64,000 nucleotides of DNA from Hydrurus foetidus (Eukaryota). The stretch lies in contig UYFQ01000562.1 in NCBI GenBank assembly GCA_900617105.1, forward strand, positions 1-64,000, written 5' to 3'. Each line of letters starts with the position of its first letter. The first letter of the stretch is position 1. The notes beneath the pieces are model-generated. The model was given only the letters and a program-made list of their open reading frames with translations. It ran no database searches and was not told the origin of the DNA. Positions 32,585 to 45,600 of the stretch are shown here, piece by piece. A program made the translations under genes and the position numbers.

Positions 32585-33858
32585 CCCTAAACTTTGTAAA
32601 TCTAGATTCTCAACAGTGTCCGGCCAATTTATCGACCACGAAAGAGCCAGTGGTGGGAACTCAACATCGGTCCTTCAAGGGAGCAGTAAGTGATCAGAGA
32701 TGATCAGAGATCAGGGTGACCAGCAAAAAGCAAAAAGCCTACCAAACCAACCCTCTTACAGCACAGAGTGTAGAACTAATTTCAAAATTTTGTCACTGAA
32801 TTTTACGGTAAAAGTCTTCGATCTTTACGGTTGCGGTATGTCGCAAAATACAAAATACATTACGACCCGACTCCAGTGCTGCCAACAATGTGGTGGGGTC
32901 GGAAATGTAGTGGGTTCTCTCAAAATACCCCATTTTGAATCCCCACAAACTTGTTTCTCAAAAACTGAATACTTCGTTACCGGGGAATGAAATCGAGAAA
33001 TGCCGTATTTTCCGAAACCAGAAATGAAAAGTCTCAGAGGGAGGTTTGGCACTTCTTGCATTCTTGAATACTTCCTTGACTTATCAGATGCCTCCGACGC
33101 TGGCAATTTTCAAAATAACAGTAATCAGCTACAGCGGCTATGACATAGACGCGAGGTTTCAAGTTTCAAATATGCGTCCAATCAACTTTTGCGCTGTGCT
33201 GGAAGCTGGGAAGTAGCAGGGATCACAAGTATAGGTTCTGTTGTGATTCCCCCTCTGAGTTTAAAAAAAAAACATAAATACAGTATTTTATTCTGCGGTC
33301 GTAATTCTATGCAACAAACCTTGATCATAAACTATCCACAATTCTGGAAGTGAATTTATAGAGACGACTTCCTCAGACATCTGGCTGCCCCTTCAGCAAA
33401 ACATGACTGTCCATCGAGACTTGATCCTTCAAGGAAGTCTGCGTTACGCGCTTAATTCAATGTGCATAATGAATTATCGCAGTATACCATGAGTCATGTC
33501 GCAGCTTGTCAAAGAATGCAAAGGTCGGACAGATAAAGTAACAATTTAGCTTAAAATGTTGTTTGGGTCGCAGCGTCTTACCGAGCTCTACGTAGGAACA
33601 CGTAAATACGGCGTACGGTATACCCTGTTGAGGTAAACTAGCTGACAGCCCGAACGTTACTTTCAGTAAACTGTAAACTCTACCTCTATGCCGCTCTACG
33701 AACATTCCTCCGATGGCATCTCTTGCACGCATCTTCCAAGAGTTGATTCGATTTGTTCGTATGCTCAGCGGCCCGTAAGCTTCCAGCTCCGCTGCGGTTC
33801 GAAATCTATGAACACCTTCCACAAATCAACTACTCAAGAACTCCGCTTACGACCTGAC

Positions 33859-35346
33859 ATGATATCCACGACACTTCTTCTCGCTGCTCTCACTCTGATC
33901 CCTAACCAGGGTGTGGAGTCAGCAATTGCTACCGCACAACCAATTGCTCTTCTTGGATGTCAGAACTTTGCTGTCCAAGCTGGAACAACGATAACATTCG
34001 GAGGTTCGCTGACTACCATCACCAGCGGAGACATCGGCGTCTCTCCTGGCACTTCCATTACAGGAAATTACAAACTAGTGACAGGTACTGCCCATTCAGA
34101 CGATGTCTTTGCTCAGCAATGCTCTGCCGACTTGAAGGTAGCCTATGAGCAAGCAGCGGCTCAGACTTGCACAGATGTAATCGAGAGTGATCTGGCAGAC
34201 CGCACTCTCACTCCTGGGGTCTATTGCACTCCGTCCGGCAAATTCGCAGTTTCAGCAGGAACAGTCACATTAGATGCACGTGGCAATCCTGAAGCTCAGT
34301 GGATATTTCAGACAGATACAACACTTGTGACTGCTGGCGCCACTACTTTCGAATTAGTCAACGGTGCCCGTTCAGGGAATGTTTACTGGGCCATAGGCTC
34401 CAGCGCTACTCTGGGATCTTCCAGCAGCATCGTTGGCAATATCCTTGCGCAGGTCTCCATTACTTTCGGCTCAGGATCCAATATCATCGGTAGAGGACTA
34501 GCACAGGCAGCGGTGACATTCGCCAGTGGCAGCAACACCGACCAGGGGCAGCAATCAATCGGTCTCCCAGCAGTTTATCTCCCATCCGCAACGAAATCAA
34601 TGAAGGTGGAGGCCATCGGAACGCGCACTTCTAGTGTGTCTATAGGTGGCTGCCAGAACTCTGCTATACAGGCTCAAACTACCATCACTTTCGGCGGAGA
34701 GCAAACAACAATTACCAGTGGTGATATTGGAGTTGCACCTGGTACATCGATCACTGGAAATTATAAGCTGATATCGGGTACAGCTCACAGCAACGATGAA
34801 TACGCACAGCAATGCACAAAGGATATGAAGACAGCGTACACCCAGGCATCCTCTTTGACGTGCACAAACCAGATCGGAAGCGAGCTATCTGGTTTAACCC
34901 TCTTTCCAGGAGTATATTGCACAACAGACGAAAAGTTCACTCTTTCCTCAGGCACATTGACTCTTGACGCGCTTGGTAATCCGTATGCTGAGTGGGTGTT
35001 CCAGATGCAAAGCACTCTTATAACCTCAATCAGCACCACTATCAAGCTGCAGAATAACGCTCGTGCAGAGAATGTGTACTGGGCTGTCGGATCTAGCGCA
35101 ACTGTAGGAGGATCCAGCAATATGGTGGGCAACATTCTTGCCCAGGTCTCCATTACTTTCGGCTCCGGATCTAATGTCGACGGTAGAGGATTGGCACAAG
35201 CTGCGGTAACATTCGCCAGTGGCAGCAACACCGACAAGGGACAGCAATTCATTGGGCTTCCAGTCGTGTATGTTCCCGTTGGGCCTTCTATCAACAGCCT
35301 CAGGGGCTCTACCCCCATCACTGCTGCTGAGATCAGTAAGATCTAG
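33859..35346 (+). CDS. Secreted ice-binding protein with two tandem DUF3494 (IBP-1 beta-solenoid) domains; intronless
   Basis: Likely start MISTTLLLAALTL (signal peptide). Each domain has the DUF3494 hallmarks: FAVQAGTTIT, ITSGDIGVSPGTSITG, LTPGVYC, TLDARGNPEAQWIFQ, GA..GNVYWAIGSSATLG, GNILAQVSITFG, GRGLAQAAVT. The domains are offset by 693 nt. Confidence 0.93.
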   Translation: MISTTLLLAALTLIPNQGVESAIATAQPIALLGCQNFAVQAGTTITFGGSLTTITSGDIGVSPGTSITGNYKLVTGTAHSDDVFAQQCSADLKVAYEQAAAQTCTDVIESDLADRTLTPGVYCTPSGKFAVSAGTVTLDARGNPEAQWIFQTDTTLVTAGATTFELVNGARSGNVYWAIGSSATLGSSSSIVGNILAQVSITFGSGSNIIGRGLAQAAVTFASGSNTDQGQQSIGLPAVYLPSATKSMKVEAIGTRTSSVSIGGCQNSAIQAQTTITFGGEQTTITSGDIGVAPGTSITGNYKLISGTAHSNDEYAQQCTKDMKTAYTQASSLTCTNQIGSELSGLTLFPGVYCTTDEKFTLSSGTLTLDALGNPYAEWVFQMQSTLITSISTTIKLQNNARAENVYWAVGSSATVGGSSNMVGNILAQVSITFGSGSNVDGRGLAQAAVTFASGSNTDKGQQFIGLPVVYVPVGPSINSLRGSTPITAAEISKI

Positions 35347-36408
35347 AGCCATCGAAACACTCAACTGAGTCTGCGACAAGATTGACTAAGTTTCACTTTC
35401 TGCGTCTGCAATATATTCTGGTTGAACACAAGCATCATATCCTCTGCGATTATCTGCGGTTTCATCGCATCCAGCTTAGCGATCTGCACAATATTTGGCG
35501 CAACTCCTTTTACTCTCCATCTCAAGATATATTTTGAGTGCTGTCGATGGCAATACGCAACCATACTGACATAATCTAACTCAAGATAAGATCGTTTATA
35601 TTTGGGTCACTACTGATATACTTCATATGTAAGATTTAAACTGCTGAACATTTGCACAGATGCAGAAACGCTCGGAAATTTCTCCCTTGAAATATGCAAT
35701 CGCTTGGTGGTTTTGTTTGGCCAATCGCCTTTTTCGAAGAATGACGAGCTATTCCGGAGCAAAGACAGAAGATGAAGGCTCTCGCTCTCATTTGTTCCTT
35801 CAAAGTTTTAGGGGCGAACTGAGCCCTTCGGGGCCTATTTTAGTAGCGGTGACTTTGTTAGACACAAGAAGGATGTGAGAATTTTGTGCACTTAACCTAA
35901 CAAGTTCAACAACAAGATATTTATATGTCAGCAGCTGATTACTCAAATTTCAAAAAGTAGATGAAGGTGGTAGTATAATAGATAAGAAACATATCTGTTC
36001 CGATAAAATGGTATGATCATCAAATCAAGATTGCGCAGTGTGCAATGCATCAGAAAGAAAATATTAATTGAGTTTCTGGGAAAGAAAAGAAAGGAGACAC
36101 AGCGTCATGGCTCAAGAGTTGAGACGAGTATAAGAATATGTCAAAACTGAATAGAATGGTAGCAGTCATCTAATTGCTATATTTCTACAAGTTTGGATGT
36201 CACGTGATGCTTTACTATATGAGGCATCTCTAATTATCACTATTTGGCCTACGTGCCATTCTCGACTATTTTGTACTTCCGTAGCAACAATAAAGCTAAT
36301 CATAAAGTATCACTATTTCTCTGGTGAGTGTGAGCTTGGTGTTCTGGTAACTAATGTGGCAGATCAGCATATAAATCTGAGGGAGTTTCCGTTGTTGCAC
36401 GCAGTCCG

Positions 36409-37842
36409 TCACATGCTCAAAGAAGTCGCATCAGACAAGCGACTCGCCAATGCATTGAGTAGAGGGATCCTTCCATCGTCGCCGAGGGTAAACTGTGCGT
36501 CAATATGACCACACAAGTTTCCATCTGATGACTCCATTGGCTCAGTTGCCTCAGGAATCGTGTCGATAAAGATACCGTTCGTCCTGCAGCTGGATTTACC
36601 TAAAACATCAATTTCCTCCACTTGATATGCTGGATGTGCGGGTGTACGAGTTGGTGATTCCATGGAATCAGCGTACGGTACATATTGACTGTCAGAAAAA
36701 CGCCTGCGTGGGCCGCGACTTTCACCTGATCGGCCAGGTGTCATCAAGCTCTTGCCGTATTTGCTGTGAGCAGCTGAGGATAAATCAAGCGACTTCGCGA
36801 CATTGCGTTTAAATCTGAATGATTTCTTGGCGCCGACAGGACTAGCTGGAGATGAGTTATCGTGATCATGATGCGTGATATTTCCAGTTTCGTGTGATCT
36901 TTTCTTTGTTGGGGATTCGCCTCCGAAACGAGAAATGGTTAACTCCCTATCCTCCAGAGCATCCTTATGCTCCCCATTGTGATCAAAATATTTGGGACTC
37001 AAATCACATCCCGTGCTATTAGCAGCGGCAGTGAATGAGATGGTGTTCTGGTGTCCGATGTGCTCGTTTGAACTATCGACTTCCTCAAGTAGACTTTCTT
37101 TACTCTCTCGTAGCGCTAACACAGTCACCTGCGCCTCATCCAGGCTCTTAGACAAACTTAATTGTAAGAAATGTTCACCGATCAGTTGATGCTCCAATTC
37201 GTCAATTTTAGAGCACATAATTTTCTCGTTTGTGGCAAGTTCATGTATTCTGCTCCTCAGAGACGCGTTCTCTGCACTATCCTGCCTTTCACTTTCGAAC
37301 TTCTTCCCAGTGAGGCTCAATTTTAGGAAAGCTGTTTCCTCCAGTCTTTTGTAATTATCTTCGGCTAGGTCGGCAATTATATCAGACATATTTTCTTGCG
37401 TTGTCTCGTGGGTTGTTTTATCCTTTCGCATTTTTTTGGTCTCATTGAATATGATCTTCAGATTTTTCACTGTATCTGGCAGTATCGACAGCATGCGCTG
37501 AGATCTCGATATCGTGTCTGTCTGCTTGATAATTTGCTCATTCAAGGAGTTTACTGAGATCTTCAGTACACTCTCTGAATATCTCACAACTTCCAGCTCA
37601 TGCGATAGATTTCGTTCCTCTCGTCGGCTTTTCTCCAACTCCGAAGACAACTTTTCTATAATGGCCGAGTATGTCTCTTCCCTCGAACACAGAACATCAG
37701 AGTTTCTGTTGATGGAATGCTGTTTCTCTCCGACTGTGATCCTCTTCTCATTTGGCCCTGGGTATGTAGGCTCGCTTAATCGCCTTGACGTGCCACCATT
37801 GTGCTCGCTCGTCGAGCTAGCGTTAGGACGCCTCATCGCCAT
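36409..37842 (-). CDS. Hypothetical coiled-coil protein with a Ser/Pro-rich disordered C-terminal half
   Basis: 477-aa ATG-initiated ORF with heptad-like E/K/L-rich segments. No recognisable domain. Confidence 0.7.
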   Translation of the reverse strand: MAMRRPNASSTSEHNGGTSRRLSEPTYPGPNEKRITVGEKQHSINRNSDVLCSREETYSAIIEKLSSELEKSRREERNLSHELEVVRYSESVLKISVNSLNEQIIKQTDTISRSQRMLSILPDTVKNLKIIFNETKKMRKDKTTHETTQENMSDIIADLAEDNYKRLEETAFLKLSLTGKKFESERQDSAENASLRSRIHELATNEKIMCSKIDELEHQLIGEHFLQLSLSKSLDEAQVTVLALRESKESLLEEVDSSNEHIGHQNTISFTAAANSTGCDLSPKYFDHNGEHKDALEDRELTISRFGGESPTKKRSHETGNITHHDHDNSSPASPVGAKKSFRFKRNVAKSLDLSSAAHSKYGKSLMTPGRSGESRGPRRRFSDSQYVPYADSMESPTRTPAHPAYQVEEIDVLGKSSCRTNGIFIDTIPEATEPMESSDGNLCGHIDAQFTLGDDGRIPLLNALASRLSDATSLSM

Positions 37843-39408
37843 TTCAACTACAGCTTGAGCTTACAGGAATATGGGTACAACGTGACAGTGCGGATCAAAT
37901 TTCTGGCGCAATTCTTGAGTTGAGTTCGAGTTGAGTTGAGTTTGCACCTGAAACTTGAAGGCATGAACATTCGCGAGAACATTCATTTTTCAAATAAAAT
38001 GAATGAAAACAGTTTTTTTTCATGGTCATTTTTTCTTTTTTTCTCATACGTACATGAAACAGAGGGTACTTTTATCGGAGGTCATGTGACTTGTGACTGT
38101 CTGTCCGTCGGATGTATCAAAGCAGTAATTGAAGATTATACATTCACCTCATTATAATTGCAATTTTAAGAACGCTAATAATGTGCAACATGTCGGATTA
38201 AAAGAGCATTTTCAATTGATAGATTGGATTGAAAGCATTGCATTCCAGCAAATACAGACGACAAATTATAATTGATTTTATCATTAGATACTGCGAAGAA
38301 AGGATCTAGCAAATAGTACGGTAATATTGTCATATATCGGTTTCTCGAACTGCGTCATATTGCACTATACATCAACAAAAGTTATTAATGTTATCAGTCA
38401 GTGATGAATCGCTAAAGAATGTACTTGCTTACACACCAATCATTGTTTGTTTCGTTTAAGCATTTGGTTACAGATTTAAGATTTAAGGAAGCTGCATTTG
38501 TGCATTACATACATCCTGCATACGCTGGACCTATATCATTATCGTGACAACCAACATGGATTATCTTGCACAAATGACGATTGATTGTGGATATGAAATA
38601 TTTGTAATTATCGTAAATAATCATTTTTTCGTTAAAATACGGCGTGAAGCAGCACAAGTAAGAGGGAATCTTACATGACATCAATGCGGTATAAAAAGAA
38701 AATAAATGGAGGGATCTTTACGGCTGCTTCCGTCATACATCAAACGATTGAATGAAAAATTGAACTTGTATCTCGACATTGCTTGCGTTACATGTGCAAC
38801 AGAGCAGAGCAGAGCAGTGTCTTTCCATGTAACTGTCTATCGGCTCAGGATGTTCGCATCACCATTTGCTTCTTGTACGCAATGTCGAAGAGAGCGTATT
38901 TGGACATGCTGTAATGCCTTGCCAGTAAATGTCCTAGACCAGACGAACCAGCGCAGAAAGAGATGATATCTCATTAACTTGAAAAAAGAAAAATTCAGTT
39001 GTAAATTATTATAATTCCATTTGCCGTGTAGTAAAGTTTGGTGTAAAAAGTCGAAAATCTAAATCTAAAAAAATTGGTAAAGAAATAATTTCTACAATCT
39101 GTCCATACTAGAAACCATGGAATGTAACGTACATCAATTTATGTTACTACTTTTAAAACATCATATGAAATCCGTTACGCGTGATTGGTGCATTACGAAT
39201 TTAGATGCATTTCAGTGTACTTATTAGTGAAAAGTGAGTACGAGAAAGGTCTCAAATCCGTATGTATCAATATAGATGTGATATGTGCGCATGCCCCACT
39301 GCAGTGTTGCTTGCATGCAGGAGACACCATGTCGTTTTATGTCATGTCGTAGTGGTGGGTGTGATAGGAGAGTCCCATGACTACACTTTGCTACTGCTGT
39401 CTTGCATG

Positions 39409-39483
39409 TTCTGTTCTGTTCTGTTCTGTTCTGTTCTGTTCTGTTCTGTTCTGTTCTGTTCTGTTCTGTTCTGTTCTGTTCTG
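39409..39483. repeat. (GTTCT)n microsatellite
   Basis: About 15 perfect pentamer units. Confidence 0.95.
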
Positions 39484-39657
39484 ATCTGTTCTCTCCTGTC
39501 ATGTCTCGCCCTGATCTGTTTTGTCCTGATCTGTTCTAGGTTACAATATCCCTTCCTTCTCTATCCTATTTCGTCCTACCTCATCCATCAAATTACAGTC
39601 CAACAGAAAGTGCTACAATCTGGATCCAAGATCTGATTCCAAGATGAGGTCCAGGGT

Positions 39658-42600
39658 CTAGGGGGAGTTGGTTAGGTAGAGTCCGCTTCGGTCTAAGTTC
39701 CCTCCGTTGGGACGACATGTGGTGTACGTGCCGTACGCTTCGATGGCGGCTAACTTCGATTTATTTTCCGCTTTTATCACGGCAGCTTCCCCGCACTGTA
39801 GCGTATTCCAAATAAATTAAATTGGATTAAACTTTGTTGGGAAGGCACTGTTTAAAACTGCGATTACGTACGGATACAAGAGAAGAGAGTGATCTCTGGT
39901 CGTCACGACTATCATAATCTGAACATCACATCACATCACATCACATCACATCACATCACATCACATCACATCACGCTGCATACATAGCTGTGAGCTACAT
40001 CCCATTGTGGTGGGCATCATTACAGATTGCAGATCACCTGTGTGTTGAGAACGGCTCTGAAAACGTCCAGTTCTATTTCCTGCTGAGCGAGAAGTCCCAA
40101 GAGATCAGAATGCTGCTCATTCAAATCAGAGTGGCGGTGGCGCTGTGTGGAGTGAGGAGGAGGGAAGATGAGTGGCGAGGGACGAAGGAAAGGAGGGGTG
40201 AGGGGTAGTGAGGGTTAAAGGAGGTGTGAAGGAGAGAGGTGGTGAGGGAGGAGGGTAGAGGGTAGATATCGCTGGAAGATATCAAATTGAATACGGGAAA
40301 GACGACAAGAAAATAGACAGTCTATCACGAGGCGCTGGTAGTCAGTCAAAAGGCAAATTAGATAGTGCGGCACGCTACGGTACAGTACAGTACGTACTTC
40401 CTGAGTGAGAGCAAGATGCAGGCGGGCAGCCTCCTTACTGGCTGACGACCCTAGAGGGTGCGGAGAAAAGATCAGGAGAGAAAAGAGCGAGGACAAAAGA
40501 GTGAGGAGAGAAGACGGTGAAGAGATGAAAGAACTCGGGAAAAAAAGCGTCATTACTGTGGGTAGTTCACTGTCGCATGGGCACAATGCATTTGATCTGC
40601 TAGATTCTATTCAATTGTGATGCATCATATTCTACTCATCATACCATATCATGTCATGTCATGTCATGTCAAACATTATTTTGCTGCAGTGTGCCGCATC
40701 ACGTACCTGAGGATGGCTGAGAATTCGACAACACCGCGCTTACTATGTTCGTACGCACGGGAGTTGTTGTGGCGTACGGACTGCGAGGCTACGTAGAGTG
40801 CATTAGAGAAAAGAGAGTACATGAAATCGATCAGAGGTGTATGTTGCTCGAAGGAGAAGGACGCTTCAATTGTACATTACACCTGATCAAAACATGACAA
40901 CATGTAAATGCGGTCACACTCCAGAGCAATCAACACATTATAAGGGTAAATATTGTATACATAATTAACAGATAAAATATGAATGAGAACAAGAGCGTGG
41001 GCATACTGTACCTGCGTGCCGCTCTCAATGAGTCCTCTCAAAAGTGACTCCTGCAACTGCTTCTCGAGCTCGGATAGCTTAGCACACTGCTTGCTTAACA
41101 ACCGCTCTCTGTCCGCTATGACCGTACTGGCAGCCACTTTCGTACGTTCCACTAACGCACATACGGTTTCTTCGTTGTACACGCTGTCTCGGAAACTCAC
41201 TCTAGAAGCACTAGGAACATTCTCACTGCTGCTGCTCTTAAGAGATTTCTTAGGAGACTTGAATGACGCACTAGTGCTGTTCTGGACCGTGGACTTTGAT
41301 TCCAGCCAGATGATAACTTCGTTGAGAGCCAGTCGGGCTGTGCTGAGGTCGATAGCATCCGTGCTGAGAACGTACGGTAGATTGAGAAGTACGTTAGAAG
41401 TAGTAGCAGTACTGTACGGTAGTGGAGATGGGGAAAGGAAGGTGGTGGGCATCAGTGAAAGGACGAAGATCGAAGGGAAAAGTGCAGATGATGGGATGGG
41501 GTAGGACAGAATAGATGTATTTCATGTTCCGGTTTTTAATAGTACGTACTTGTTCAGTGAGTGCGATCCATTGGAACTTGGACTTGGTAGATTCTTAGAA
41601 GGAGTGGTTGTTCTGGATTGTGACTGCGACCTTGCACCCTCGAGAATTTCATTTTTCAGCATTAAATTCCTCACTTCATCCGTTTCAATGGAGAGCTTGG
41701 ATTTGAGAGATTCCACTTCGCGAGAAAGATCCTTGGACTTTCTAGATTCCAAACTAGACTGTTTTTCAAGTGCGTCATTGTCTACTCTGAGTGCGGATAG
41801 TTCTTCTTCCATGCTGACGATGGATGACCTGATACCCGCCATCTCTCCTTCTCTCTTGAGCAGCTGACTGTTCATGCGGTGAACGTCGGAATCTTTCTGT
41901 TGAAGGTCCACGGTCCGTTGCATTATTTCGGAAGACAGCTTGGTGATCTCGTTCTGAGTCAGTGAGTGAGAGAGTAGGTGAGTGAGCGCGGTGGAAATGG
42001 GGAATGGAATTGAGAGGGAGGGAGTGAGGGTAATGAGTGAGAGGGAGGGTAAAACAAAAAGAGACTGATAAATAAGAGGGAGAGAATGAGTAGGGAGGAA
42101 TGTGGATGAAGATGAAGAGTGATGGGCTGCACGTTTGTCTCCCCACACACACGAACACACATACATAAACTCTCTCACGCACACACGCACCTGCAGAGTG
42201 GCGATGGCTGCTTTGGAGTCTCCCATCATCTCCGCACTGACCACCCCTAATTGCTTTTGCAACGCATCCCTCTCCCCACACAAAGACAGAACCTGGACTT
42301 TTGATTCCTCAAGTGACGTGCTAGTTGTGGACAGAGATGACTGCAACGATTCGATTGTCTTCTCCGCTTGGGAGATAGCTTCTTTCAATGCAGAGATATC
42401 TTGTGTGAGTCCTTCTTGAACTGTTAGGAAGTTTCCTTCCTTCTCTGCATGTTCTTTCTTGGCTAAAGAATATTCTTCCATAAGATTTTCCTTTTCGACT
42501 TTTGCAGCTTGCAACTCCTCCTGGACATTCTTTAATTGCTGCAATTTAAGAACATTTGATGGTAACAGTAAAAAATGAGCATCGTGATTTACGGAAAACA

Positions 42601-45600
42601 TGGTAGACTGAAGTGCAAAACAGAGTGCGTACATACTAACGTACCTTCTCCAACTCTTCGTCATTTGAAGTACGCTCGTCACACTCCAGTGCGATTCTGA
42701 TCTCAAGATTCTTCTTCAGCTCTTGAAGAACATTCTTTTCTTCATCATGTTGAGCAACAAGATGTGTTAGGATATCGTTCTCATCTTGCAGAACATTCTT
42801 TTGACTCTGTAACATTTGTCTGCCGTCATTTATAGAATCAATCTCCATCGTTAATTCTTCAATTCTAGTGCTTAACGTTTCTATTTTTTGCTGTGCGTGT
42901 AACAGTTGTGATGACGTGTCATTTTCATGATCGGATGATAAGGTATCATTCCTCAATTCCTTTTCAAGATTCGCATTTTCTGCAGTGAAAATCTCAACGT
43001 CTTGTACAGCGTCTAAATCAGCTTTGTTGCCATTTATTAGCTGTTCCTTAAGATTATTGATTTCTTCTTCTAGTTTCTCGACTTGATTTGCGTGAATTTC
43101 TTGAATTTTGAATATTCTGACAGCGTAAAAATTTCTCGATTCATCAGCCTTGGCGTCTCTTTCTTCTTTTTCTTTCTTTTCATTTATACCATTTTGAATT
43201 GCTAGATAATTTAGTTTTTCTTTTTCTTCTTTTTCCCTTGCAATCGTTTGGTCCAGTTCGGTTCTAGACGCACTTCTTTCTGACAACAAATGTTCGATTC
43301 TCTCGTTATTCTCCTTTATCAGTAATTCAGCAGAGAGCAGTTTTTCTCCCATTCTCTGCAAGTCACCTTCTCGAATGCGATTCTGCTCGAGAGAAGTTTC
43401 TAATTCCTCTTTTATAGTACAGGATTCATCTACTCGTGTAATGTAAAGGATAAGAAAGATTAGATTTAATTCACATGATCACATGAAGGGTGGTGGATTT
43501 AATCATGTCCGCTTAGATTGTATCTCTATTAATCAATATCTCTCAGGACAATGTGAGGATTAAACAGGATCTGAATTACATGTACCACTTAAGAGTTGAG
43601 ACAGAACAAATAAAAACAAGACAAGAGAAAAAGCATGAAACAGAATGCAATGCGGTATCGCAGTGCAGTGCAGAAGAGAACAGGAAAGGTTGCTGGACAT
43701 TGAGTGCTGTACTGTACTGTACTGTACTGCACTGTATTGTATTGTACTGTGAGAGAGACTACAAACAGAGCAGCATGACATGGTATATATCGATACAGTT
43801 GCTCACCTAGGAATGTCTGTATCTCCACTTCCAGAGAATGTTTCGCCTCAACGATCTCCAGTATCAAATCGTCTTTTTGCTGGTATTCCATCCGATTAGA
43901 TTCATTTTCATTTCGCATAAACTCCACTTCAGCCAGTGCGTCAGTGAGTTGCGTAGACTGATTGCCATATTCCGATTCCTTCTCTGCAAGGGCTAGAGAG
44001 AGATCCTGGACTTTACATTCCAGATCTAGAATCTTGAGTCCAAGGTCTTGCACCCTAGCGTCATTGTCATTGCTATTGTTTGCGTGTGCATTTTGCTCTT
44101 CCTCTTCATCTTCATCTTTGCCTTTATCGTGTTCAACAGAAATGCTTATGTCTGCCCCGTTGCTCGTGTGTTTCGTCTCATTTCCATTTTCTATCGTGCC
44201 ACTCACATCACCCTCACCCCCCTCTCTTTCCCTTTCTCCTCCCTCCATCTCCAATTCTATCACACCTCTCCTCTCCCTCTCCCTCTCCCTCAGCGCCCGT
44301 AAGAGATGTAGAAGAAGATTGCAGCGATTCTAGCAGTTCTGATTGCTCTTTCAAGGAGGCGCCCAACTCCACTATCTTTTGCTGTAAATGAATTTTCTCA
44401 AACTCAAGAGCTTCAATCTCTGTTTTTGCTGTTATTTCATTTGTTAATGCCGTCACTACTGCAGTGCGTAATTGTCCTTCCATTTCTCCGACATTGCTCT
44501 CCAGTTGCTTTCCGCTCTTTCTTAATTCATCTACTTCATTCTTCGCCTCCTTACTCTCTGATAATTCAGCTGTTAATTTATTTATCATTTCACTCGCCAA
44601 TTGCAACTCTGACTTTAATGTACGAATGTCTTCTGATTCTGATCCACCGACAGCAGTACTTACGGCATTTAATTCGTCCGTTATTTGTTTATTCTCCAAA
44701 TTGAAACTCTTCAATTTCTCATTTTGAAGATTGCTTTTAAGTACAAATGTCTCATCTTTGAGTGCGTTGCATTTTTCTTGTAGTTCTAAGATATCGTCTG
44801 ACAGTTGTTCGATGTGTTGTTGCATTTCGGAAGTTTCTTCCTCTTTTCCTGCTTCAAGTTTTAGTAGGGAAGTCACCAGGTCTTTCATTTCCTCTTGTAC
44901 AGTGCTCAACTTTTCATCCGATGCATGCAACAATGTTAACTGTTTTGTGATCACTGCCATGTGCTCTGTAGTCACCTCTTTCAGGGCTTCTATTTCATGC
45001 TCATACTTCTCATTCTGCAATGATGTAGCGGATAAAATGACAGCTTTATCTTTTGCCGTGTTTTCCAGTGTGTTTGACAAATCCGTCTGTAGTTGTACGA
45101 TTTCTGTATTGAGAATTCCAATTTCCGTATTTGCGTTGGTGATATGCACGCAAAGCTCGTCTATTCGGTTTTGCATTTGATCTCTCACAGCTTGATTTTC
45201 AAGATCTCTGACTCTTCGTTGCTCCTGTTCCTCCTCTTGTTTCTTTTCATCGGCTGTCTTTCTTTCCCTCACTCTTTCTTCTTCCCCCTGTAATTCCTTC
45301 ACCCTCAATTCCTCTTCCTCTTTTACTCTGTTCTCTTGTTTTTCCTTCTCCAATTTCATTCCGTTGGACTCCAACAGCAGCGTCTCGTTGACTCGCATGT
45401 CTTCTATTGAGGTGCGTAGTTGAAGCAGCTCAGTGACATTCAAATCCTGCTCGATCTTGGCCTTTTCCAGTGCACTGGCTAAATCCTTGTTGCTATTTGT
45501 CAACTTGGCGATCTGACTCGTTTGGTTGATAATTACTATTTCCTTCTTCATGACGGAATCCAAGTTCTCGTTTTTGTGAAATTCTAGTTCGTCAGTCAGT

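Noticed and set aside
32800..33125. Possible MITE between the helicase and the ice-binding protein
   Set aside because: Only weak terminal similarity (TTACGGTAA vs the reverse complement of TAACAGTAA) and no convincing TIR.
33688..33858. 57-aa N-terminal extension of the ice-binding protein ORF
   Set aside because: The signal-peptide-like sequence starts at ATG 33859, so the upstream in-frame stretch is more likely 5' UTR or promoter. Not proven.
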